64,000 nt of DNA from a virus (taxonomy: Duplodnaviria; Caudoviricetes): IMG/VR virus record IMGVR_UViG_3300020049_005939, positions 10,891 through 74,890 of that record; one strand, 5' to 3'. The notes beneath the pieces are model-generated. The model worked only from the letters and a program-made list of their open reading frames with translations, was not told where the DNA came from and searched no databases. Shown here one piece after another: positions 37,910-46,061 of this stretch (the stretch's first letter is position 1; each line of letters opens with the position of its first letter). Made by a program: the position numbers and the translations under genes.

Positions 37910-40296
37910 TTATGAAGCGTTAACTACGTTACGGACGAGCACGTTATGGCCCGGTGCTGAGCAAAACAATGCTTGATCCGAGAAACAACGTAACTCGTAT
38001 CCAGCAGAGTTTTCAAGATCTCGGAAGAACTCGTCGCCCTGACCAGGACGTTTGAACGTCAAGTCAGTTGAACCAATTCTGTACCAATCTTCAACAGCAA
38101 CTAGGTAAGCATAACCTTCTTTAACGTGAATAGAAGGCTCAATTACGAGCGTTCCATTTTGCGAATGGAAAGTTAGCGACTTAGCGCCGTTTTGCATTGA
38201 CTTCTCGCTGTACGACTGATCGTACATACGAAGAGCGGCTTGGTCATTCAAGAGGTTCGACCATGCTCGGTTATTAACCAAACATAGAAGTTCTCCGTCT
38301 TGACCTTTTTCTACAGCGCGAGCTGCTGCGTTTGTAAGTTTGTTAAAACTTAGTGCAGCAGAAGCAGCGTCGTAGGTGTTACCTTTGAAAAGGTTATAAG
38401 CACTGGTGTCAATACCGAACAAAGTACCAGACGTAATGCTGATAATTTTATGAATTCCTGCGAATTCATTTCCGTATGCGCCTTTGTGCCAGATAACGTC
38501 TTCTGAGTCAACAGTTACGACGACGCCAGGAACGGCTGAAGCTAGGGTAAGAGTACGAAGATCCATATCAACCGATTTAATGACTGCTTCACCGCGTGAA
38601 GTCAATCCGTCGTTTGAACGAATTTCGATAGGCATGTTCTCAGAACCTGCCCAAATACCGGGTGCCCATTCGGAAGTACGAATGGTTAGAACTGCGCCTG
38701 AAACAGCAGAGATACGACCGTATCCCATTTGTCCGTAGAGCATTTCGATTTCTAATTTCTTAGCCATCGAACGCAACATGTTAGCAACCAAGAATTTGGT
38801 TGCATCCATGAATGCTTTTTCTCCACCTTGTGCAGCTCTGCTTGCCGAAGAGTAACCAAGGATAGAACGAAGAACCAAAGGATTACCTTTGATTGTCGCA
38901 TCTTTGATTACGCCTGCGACTGGAGCATTCAAGTTGAATGCATCTTCGTCGCTACCGGCAAAGGTTCGTTGCCGGAATGTTATCGCTAAAGCTTTTTATC
39001 TCTAGCTTCTTCTAGTTTCCTAGAAGGTCAGCATATCTTTTCATCCTATATATAGGAGCTGAAGTCTCGTGGCAGAATTATATTCTAGATTATTCTCTAG
39101 GTTCATCTGCTATGCGTTGCGCGTGTGAAAAATCTTTATTTTCTTCACTTCCGCTCTGATTAGCATCGAAAATATATTTAAAAGTGTATCCCTTACTGCT
39201 ATTTCTTCCATAAGCTTTTTTGCAAATGGATACAACATTAGATGGGTTTAAACCGTAATTTAAACATTCTCTAACAGTTTGTAAAATAGTTATTTCTCCA
39301 GTTTTAATATTTGTCATTTCAATTGGGCGTCCACCTAATCCTCTAGCAATTTTAATTCTTTGCTCGGTAGATCGGACTTCCCCTCTTCGACAAAGGACGG
39401 GTTTTCCTTTTTTAGCTTCACTAATCTTTTTTCTTAATTCATCGGAACAAATTCCGTTTTGTTCGCCGCCAGCTCTATGATTATATCCATTCGGATGCAT
39501 AGAGTTATTCGATTGAACAAATTGAACTTCCAATGAATTGAGTTCAGATATAGTGTCAGCAGTTGCAATTTCTTCCACGGTAAAGTTTTGTCTACCGTGT
39601 TTTTTAATAGCACTGCTAATATGCCTATTGCCACGTTTTTCATTACAATGATCTTCAAATCTATCATTAACAGAAGGTTTAGTTGTTTGACCAACATAGA
39701 CCTTACCGTCTATCAGATTTGTGATTTTGTAAATTTTACCGTAGCTCATATTTTCGTTTTAGCCTTCCAAGTTTTTACTTCAGTACTTATTGTAACATTA
39801 CTGTTACAAAGGGGCAACCTTTATTTTACCCCGTGTTCTAATCCCAAGATAACAGGCTGGTGATATAGATTTGATATTGTTACCGAAAAGCTGTTAAGGC
39901 TTTTCTTCTGCATATCGCTATGCAGTCCAGACTATATTTTCACCCAGAGTTTGGGTGGCGCGACCTCGCGGAGAAATTATATTCTAATTGTTAAAACAAC
40001 TTAGTTTCATTCTCTAGTCGTTGCGGCTGGCCAAATTTTGATTTTTAGCCTTCACCTCGAATTGTCTCATTAACTACCAGGGATGTCAATGAGAGATTTT
40101 CGTTTTTTTCGCGCTTCCTAAGCTCTAGTTACCTAGAACTTCCGGCAATCATTTCACCGGGCTGTCGATCCTTAGGAGCGAACTTGATTTTGTTAAGTAA
40201 TTTAACTCCATCTGGAATCAATTCTTTCAGCTTATCTGCATAAGCCTCTTTAAAGAGTCCATTCAGAGTTTGAATGTTATTTGAAGTACTAGACAT
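37910..40296 (-). CDS. major capsid protein, spliced join(40156-40296, 39828-39871, 37910-38966), 413 aa
   Basis: Exons join in frame: MSSTSNN...RQPG|NLYHQPVILGLEHGV|TFAGSDEDAFNLNAPVAG...; downstream of scaffold; followed by a terminator. Confidence 0.85.
38967..39827 (-). mobile_element. group I intron 2 (861 nt) carrying GIY-YIG ORF
   Basis: 5' exon ends in U; P1 GGGGU/GCCCC; P10 AACCUUU/AAAGGUU; P7 GCAUA/UAUGC; terminal G. Confidence 0.88.
39090..39749 (-). CDS. intron-encoded GIY-YIG homing endonuclease
   Basis: KIYKITN..DGKVYVGQT, GYN, NUMOD-like C-terminal repeats. Confidence 0.85.
   Translation of the reverse strand: MSYGKIYKITNLIDGKVYVGQTTKPSVNDRFEDHCNEKRGNRHISSAIKKHGRQNFTVEEIATADTISELNSLEVQFVQSNNSMHPNGYNHRAGGEQNGICSDELRKKISEAKKGKPVLCRRGEVRSTEQRIKIARGLGGRPIEMTNIKTGEITILQTVRECLNYGLNPSNVVSICKKAYGRNSSKGYTFKYIFDANQSGSEENKDFSHAQRIADEPRE
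39872..40155 (-). mobile_element. group I intron 1 (284 nt), ORF-less
   Basis: P1 CCGGU/GCCGG; P10 AAUC/GAUU; P7 GACUA/UAGUC; P9 hairpins; terminal base appears to be A. Confidence 0.8.
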
Positions 40297-40312
40297 TATT
40301 TATTTCCTTTCC

Positions 40313-40765
40313 TTATTCGGCTACAACGTATTCAACTTCAAGTGATGCATCTAAAGTATTTGCAGCAGTGAAGTCAACGGTTGAGTCGCAAGTGAGCATC
40401 ATATTGCCCAAGCTTGTTAGTCCATCAGCATCGCCAAGAAATACTGGATGACTTACGCCATCAATACGACTAGCAATACGAGCAGACACCACTTTTGCAA
40501 CAGCTTCGTTAGTTTTAACGAGGATGTTGAAGATACCTGTTGCATCAGCAGCAGCTACCGAATACGTGGCAGTTTCGCCAGAGGCTAAAGCGCCACTAGC
40601 AGTTGTGATTTGATCCGTATCCTGAGTTCTGATAAAGAGAACTGCGGGTTCGTCATTCGAAGTCGTTGACGTGCCTGCTGAACCCACTACCAAAAAAGGA
40701 ATGGATAATTTTTGGACTTTAAGTTGCCGACTGGAAACTTGTGGGTCCTTTGCATTATAATTCAT
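40313..40765 (-). CDS. head-associated protein (possible decoration/minor capsid)
   Basis: Between scaffold and capsid genes; Ala/Thr-rich. Confidence 0.4.
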   Translation of the reverse strand: MNYNAKDPQVSSRQLKVQKLSIPFLVVGSAGTSTTSNDEPAVLFIRTQDTDQITTASGALASGETATYSVAAADATGIFNILVKTNEAVAKVVSARIASRIDGVSHPVFLGDADGLTSLGNMMLTCDSTVDFTAANTLDASLEVEYVVAE

Positions 40766-40899
40766 AGTTTTTATCCTTTGAATATTTGTTTGTGGTTATA
40801 TCTAGCTTGCGCTAGACGTGTTGATTAGTGTCATTTAGGATATCTCTGCTCTGTCTTGCAGGTTACGGAGAGTCGTCACAACACATTGAAAGTCTTATA

Positions 40900-40910
40900 T
40901 AAGTTGTTAA
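40900..40910 (-). promoter_or_regulatory. late promoter motif TTAACAACTTA
   Basis: Upstream of the head/capsid transcript. Confidence 0.65.
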
Positions 40911-40940
40911 TTTATCTTAATAATTAGATAAATCAATGAC

Positions 40941-41879
40941 TTATATACCGAACATTTGTCTAATAGTTTTCTTTTCAGGAGCAGCCTCAGGCTTTTTAGG
41001 GCTAGATTGACCAACATCCTTAATTGCTGCCTTAACAGGGACAGGAGGAGCTTGCTTAGCTTTAGCTAGTTGCTTCTTACGAAGTTTACCAACTACATCC
41101 TTACCAATAATAGACTCAATAACGTCTTCAGGCATCACTGCAAACATTTCCTTAAGATCATTAGTCATTTCTTCACGAACCAAAGGAATGACATCTTCAG
41201 GAGTGACATCCAAACCATTTTGGACAGCCATACTCATGTATTCAGCAATCTTTTTAACAGTATAAGGAGTTTTAGGTAGGTCAGTTTTCTCTAAAGCATT
41301 AGTCATGAGTTGGTCATAACGCTCATATTCACGTTCTTGAAGACGTTCAAACTCTTTAGCGGACATTTCTTCTTTTTCACGCTTAGTTTGTTCTTTAAGT
41401 TCTCTAAGTTCATTCTCAAGCTTCTCTTTTTCAAGTTGTTCAGGAGATTTCCTAGAGTTTTCAATCTCTTCTTCAAGAATTTGAGCAGCGAATTTCTTAA
41501 TATCGACACCAATTGAAGGGTCGCTCAAGATTTTCTTAGGGTTTTTCTTAAGTTCATCAATAAAAGAACGGACTTCTTTTTCTAATTGACCATACTCAGC
41601 CATACGCTTCTGGGAAGCTTTAGCTAATTGAGCTTGACGAGTTAGATATTCTCTAGCTTGAGAGTTATCTTCGTCAATTTCGAATGGTAGTTCTTCGTCG
41701 TATTCTTTACCATCGACTTTTAATTTTAATTTATTGAGTTTTTTCTTAATAGCAGCTTGAACTGCTTCAGGGGCAGCAGCTTGAGGAGAGCCATCAGCAT
41801 TTAGTTGCTGAGAAGACTCAGAAGATTCACTATTTTCTAGATTTTGAGGGGCGGGAGCAGAATTATTTTGATTTTCCAT
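40941..41879 (-). CDS. capsid scaffolding protein
   Basis: Acidic coiled coil, low-complexity N-terminus, KLKVDGKEY motif, upstream of the capsid gene. Confidence 0.65.
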   Translation of the reverse strand: MENQNNSAPAPQNLENSESSESSQQLNADGSPQAAAPEAVQAAIKKKLNKLKLKVDGKEYDEELPFEIDEDNSQAREYLTRQAQLAKASQKRMAEYGQLEKEVRSFIDELKKNPKKILSDPSIGVDIKKFAAQILEEEIENSRKSPEQLEKEKLENELRELKEQTKREKEEMSAKEFERLQEREYERYDQLMTNALEKTDLPKTPYTVKKIAEYMSMAVQNGLDVTPEDVIPLVREEMTNDLKEMFAVMPEDVIESIIGKDVVGKLRKKQLAKAKQAPPVPVKAAIKDVGQSSPKKPEAAPEKKTIRQMFGI

Positions 41880-41954
41880 ATATTTTCCTTGATTCGTCCT
41901 TTAGAATAGGATAGAATAGGTTATATCGTCCTTTATTGGATAGATATTATATAA

Positions 41955-41965
41955 TAAGTTGTTAA
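41955..41965 (-). promoter_or_regulatory. late promoter motif TTAACAACTTA
   Basis: Upstream of scaffold. Confidence 0.65.
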
Positions 41966-42025
41966 TTATGTTAGAATTGATTGTAATATCGACAGTTATA
42001 TTAGCGGCAATGAGCTACTTAATTA

Positions 42026-42766
42026 TTACTGACCGCTCTTAAAGCGTTCAATAGCTTTTAAACGGGCTTCTTGCAAACCGGCTTTATTTCTTTGAGCAAA
42101 GTCTACTTCTCTACCGAGTTTATTAGTGGCACGTCTTACGTCGTCCATAGTCATACCCTTTTCACCCTTCATGGCTTGGTCTAGGACTTTATTTGCTTCA
42201 GCCATACCCTTACTGACCTTACTCTCTTCTTTCACGCCTTTAAGGGCTTTCTGGACAGCGGGAAGGGCTTTTGAAGCAGAGGAGTACGCTCGCACTGATC
42301 CTTTAGCCATACCCAATCCTTCGGCAACGGGGGCGTTTAAGGCTAGATCGGATACAAACTCTCCAGCTCCTTGTAAAGGGAATTCTTCTTGGCCTGGGGC
42401 GCGTAAAGGAGCACCCGATTCTTCAAGCATTTCATTAAATCGTCTTGAAACTTGACGACTAGAAGTTGGTTTATTAGACCAAGCGGCAGTTAATGGATTT
42501 TCTTTATTCATAGCAGCAACCGCAGCAGCTCGCATTGGGTTTCCACTAAATCTATCCATTTTATCATTAAGCATGGAGAATCTATTCTTAGGTTCTTCTT
42601 TAATTGGAGCTTGAGGGGGAGCTTCGGGAGCAGGAATTTCTTCCATAGGAGCCCCAGACCGTTGAGCAATCATGAGTTTTTCCATTTTATCAAGTTTAGC
42701 TTGATCCGAAGGACTCATTTCTTGAGATTCTCTTAATTGCTTTAATTGGTTGTAATCAATAGGCAT
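42026..42766 (-). CDS. putative internal head protein
   Basis: Low-complexity helical; ends EARLKAIERFKSGQ. Confidence 0.45.
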   Translation of the reverse strand: MPIDYNQLKQLRESQEMSPSDQAKLDKMEKLMIAQRSGAPMEEIPAPEAPPQAPIKEEPKNRFSMLNDKMDRFSGNPMRAAAVAAMNKENPLTAAWSNKPTSSRQVSRRFNEMLEESGAPLRAPGQEEFPLQGAGEFVSDLALNAPVAEGLGMAKGSVRAYSSASKALPAVQKALKGVKEESKVSKGMAEANKVLDQAMKGEKGMTMDDVRRATNKLGREVDFAQRNKAGLQEARLKAIERFKSGQ

Positions 42767-42768
42767 AG

Positions 42769-42846
42769 CTATTTTTTCTTTCGTTTAGCATAAGCATCTT
42801 TTAGAAGAGCTTTAAGAGAAGTGAATGTGTTAGAAGTTGTTGCCAT
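42769..42846 (-). CDS. 25-aa ORF resembling the major capsid N-terminus
   Basis: MATTSNTFTSLKALLKDAYAKRKKK; fills the gap between two genes; not in the ORF track. Confidence 0.5.
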   Translation of the reverse strand: MATTSNTFTSLKALLKDAYAKRKKK

Positions 42847-43141
42847 TTGGATTTCTTCTCATTCGTTCCAAAGCTTTCATTCTTGCTTGTTTTTCAAGTT
42901 CAATATCAGCAGAACCTAACTCAGTATTGGTAATTTTTTCTCGCGCAGTATCTCTAGCATCCAGCGTTGCGTCGCCAACAGCTTGAGTTGCTGATCCCCA
43001 AAGTGATCCAATTTTATCTGATGCTGCTTTTTTTGCCTTAATTACATCAAGCTTTAACTTATCAGCCGGAGTAAGTTGACCAGAAGCTTCTTGTTTTAGT
43101 AAAAAATCATAATAATCGTCTCTATTTTGCGCGTCGGCCAT
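42830..43141 (-). CDS. putative internal head protein
   Basis: Helical; ends QARMKALERMRRN. Confidence 0.45.
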   Translation of the reverse strand: MADAQNRDDYYDFLLKQEASGQLTPADKLKLDVIKAKKAASDKIGSLWGSATQAVGDATLDARDTAREKITNTELGSADIELEKQARMKALERMRRNPNGNNF

Positions 43142-43601
43142 AGCTATATCCTTTTAATCGTTCTTTCAATTTACGAAATTTTTGTATATACGGATGATTA
43201 GTAAGTTTATCAGGGGTGATGTCTCTAGGGTCAAGATTATGACCCATATTATGCATGTATGCAGCTTTATCCATGTCGCCGCCTGCGCGTTCAAGGTTTC
43301 TATCCATAAACGGATTAATTACTTTTTCTTCTAAGTCAGGGTGAGATTCTAATAATTCTTTTAATTGACCTGAGTCCATACCTCTTAAAGGTTCTAACTC
43401 GGGATCTAGGGTGTCATTAACCGATCCCCTAGTTAAAGTTTCTTGAACTGTGTTAGGCATTAGACCATATCTACCAATAGCAGAGTCCCCTGAATGTATA
43501 CCATTCTGAAGTTGCTTATGTTTAAAGTTTTTCCCACCGGAAGACTCTATCTGAGCAATCAACTGCTTAAATCGTTCTCGATCTTGTTTATTCTGATCCA
43601 T
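43122..43601 (-). CDS. lysozyme/transglycosylase-like virion protein
   Basis: IAQIESSGG (catalytic Glu), AIGRYGLMP, YMHNMG. Confidence 0.7.
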   Translation of the reverse strand: MDQNKQDRERFKQLIAQIESSGGKNFKHKQLQNGIHSGDSAIGRYGLMPNTVQETLTRGSVNDTLDPELEPLRGMDSGQLKELLESHPDLEEKVINPFMDRNLERAGGDMDKAAYMHNMGHNLDPRDITPDKLTNHPYIQKFRKLKERLKGYSYGRRAK

Positions 43602-43933
43602 TAAATACTCTTACTTGAAATATAACAATTTAATACACCTGTACTTGATGAGAATGTGTAAACTACTCTAATAAATTGGTAATGAGCGCCATTAGAATTG
43701 AGCAAATACTGACTAGCAGCTCCACCGGCAGCTTGGGTAGCTAGAACAAAGAAGTTAACACCATCATTAGATGCTTCAACTGTTAAGTTACCAACTGGAG
43801 TCCCAGTCCAAATAGCATGAACTGCATGGCCAGAAGTATTCCCAATATCAATAACTTCAGAAGTTCGCGTGGCAGACATTGCTACATCTGAAAACACTCG
43901 TTTATTTAAAACTAACATTGGTAGTAATGGCAT
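43601..43933 (-). CDS. small beta-sandwich structural protein
   Basis: GNLTVEASNDGVNF, FIRVVYT. Confidence 0.5.
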   Translation of the reverse strand: MPLLPMLVLNKRVFSDVAMSATRTSEVIDIGNTSGHAVHAIWTGTPVGNLTVEASNDGVNFFVLATQAAGGAASQYLLNSNGAHYQFIRVVYTFSSSTGVLNCYISSKSI

Positions 43934-43942
43934 TTTAATCTC

Positions 43943-44365
43943 TTATTTCTTAATTCTTTGTTTAATTTTGTAATCTCTGATCTCAGCACTTTCGCAAATT
44001 GCACCTAAAGTTTGTTCGGTACCAGGACTTACAGATCCACCTTTAATAACTTCACTAATTTTAGAACACAACTCGTTATCCAGTTGTAAAAGAACTTGAT
44101 AAAAAGTCGAATTCTCTTTTACGCCAACCGAAGGGAGTTGTTGAAGTCTTTGAGCTACTTCTGAATGTAAACTTTGGTATTGAACTGCTTCTTCTCCGAG
44201 TAACCCAATAATTCGTTCAATAACTGAATCGTAATCACCTTCAACAGTAGAGTAAACTTCACCAAAAAACTCATGATCAGAATGGAATGGAGTTCTTCCG
44301 CAGAAATTGTGTGCCCCATGCGCAAATAACTGAATTAATCGTAACTGCTTTAAAATTTCTCTCAT
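43943..44365 (-). CDS. ferritin/Dps-like protein
   Basis: HGAH...DHEFFGEVY...D..IER ferroxidase-like pattern. Confidence 0.6.
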   Translation of the reverse strand: MREILKQLRLIQLFAHGAHNFCGRTPFHSDHEFFGEVYSTVEGDYDSVIERIIGLLGEEAVQYQSLHSEVAQRLQQLPSVGVKENSTFYQVLLQLDNELCSKISEVIKGGSVSPGTEQTLGAICESAEIRDYKIKQRIKK

Positions 44366-44366
44366 G

Positions 44367-44519
44367 TTAATGTCCCAGTCTCAATGCTACACTTAAAATA
44401 ATATTAACCACCACGCTAAAACCGAAAAGCATTTTATACAGTTTAGCTTTTTTTACATGGCTATTATATTTGATAGGTCTATCTACCGAACGGCTATCCA
44501 TGAATTTAATTTTTGCCAT
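44367..44519 (-). CDS. small membrane protein (50 aa)
   Basis: Read by hand; C-terminal hydrophobic helix LFGFSVVVNIILSVAL. Confidence 0.45.
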   Translation of the reverse strand: MAKIKFMDSRSVDRPIKYNSHVKKAKLYKMLFGFSVVVNIILSVALRLGH

Positions 44520-44520
44520 A

Positions 44521-46060
44521 TTATTGCCTTATAACCTTCTCAGTTGCTTCAGCAATTAATAATTTTCTTCTAAGTTTAAAATAACTATCAAAAATACCAA
44601 TTTGATTTAAGTAAACTCGGTTTTTATATGTTTTACCAAAACTAACTATGGTGGCTTCAACCATTAGTGTCGGATCGCCATCTAATATGACCCCAAGTGT
44701 AGCTTCAGGGATACTTACATACCAATAATTATTAAGTTGTAGCACTCCCGCAGCAGTATAAAGAGGAGTTTCTATCCAATTTGGTTGATCAACTCTAAAG
44801 ATACTAAAAGAACAAGACGCGGCAGATAAAACTGAAGAGTTATTCTTCATTAAATAACCGACTAATCTAAAATCTGAAAATGTGGTAGTGTCAAACTCGC
44901 CACCAATAAATACGGTATTAATAGTAGGTTCTCCTAATGTCATTATAGTCTGGACATCATCGCCTTCGTGTAAAATTACGCTATTTTGGGTAGTTAATTT
45001 TAAAAATTGACAATCTTCATCAATTGTCATTGCTTTAATTTTAAATCCCAAGTGTTAATCCTCTGTAACTTGTTCTTAATTCTCCATCAATCGTGATACT
45101 GATTCTAATAGTGTAATGTGTTAAGTCAAGTAATGGAGATAGAACTGGAGTAATAATAAACCTTCCGTTACCATCTGCGGCTATTCCAGACTGTGTTAAA
45201 CCAACAACTGGAGTTCCAGATGAGTCGTATACAGTGTAGCTAGCCGTACCTAAGCCCGACGAGGCTGCCATATCGTCTACAGATCCCCATAGAGTACCTT
45301 GAAATTGATTAGTGGTGCTAATACTAAACACGCCATGACATTTATATACAACGGATTTTTGAATTAAAGGAACGTAAGCAATTCTATTGGCAGAATCAGC
45401 ATTAATTGTCACTCTAATTAAATAATGATCAAGTGTATTAGACAATGTTGATGCTACTGGAGTAATTTTATACTGACCATTAGCATCGGCGGTTATACCC
45501 GACTCTGACATTCCGCCAACCAAAGCTCCAGTTTTATCGTAAATAACATAACTAGCTGTTCCAAGACCAGTTGTCATGTTATTAGCATTTTTACTAATCC
45601 AAATAGTTCCTTGTAATTGATCGGAACTATTAATAGTAAAAGCACCTTTTGGTTCGTAAATAGCCGCACCTTCGGCTACGCCGGTTGAAGTGTCGCTTAA
45701 AGAAACCGTATTAGAGTCCCTATTACCAACACCATCAACGGCTCTTACTCCAACATAATAAAGTGTATCTAAAGATAAATAAGATCCGTCTGCTAACTGA
45801 AAAACAGACGCAGATGTTCCAGTCACAATTTCAGCTATATTAGCTAAAGAAAAAAGACCCGTATTGGTGTAAGCTTGAACGTAAACCTCATAACGAATAG
45901 GAGTACTAGCATCTGTGGCCACTGACCATGTAGGAAGCAGTTGACCCATTGAACCCATCCCTAACCCTGATATACCAGAGAAAGTTGGAGGTGTCAAGTC
46001 AGTAATACATGCTTGACTGGATGCTTGGTATACGTTATTGTATACTAACTGATCGGGCAT
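44521..46060 (-). CDS. two structural proteins (44521-45051; 45041-46060 with Fn3-like domain and internal repeat)
   Basis: YYVGVRAVDGVGN Fn3 motif; duplicated QLQGT.W...GLGTASY..YD..G block. Confidence 0.6.
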
Positions 46061-46061
46061 A

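Noticed and set aside
39872-40155. Intron 1 as a group II intron (shifted junction GTGAA...AT)
   Set aside because: P1, P10 and P7 group I elements are clear; no GUGYG start or domain V seen.
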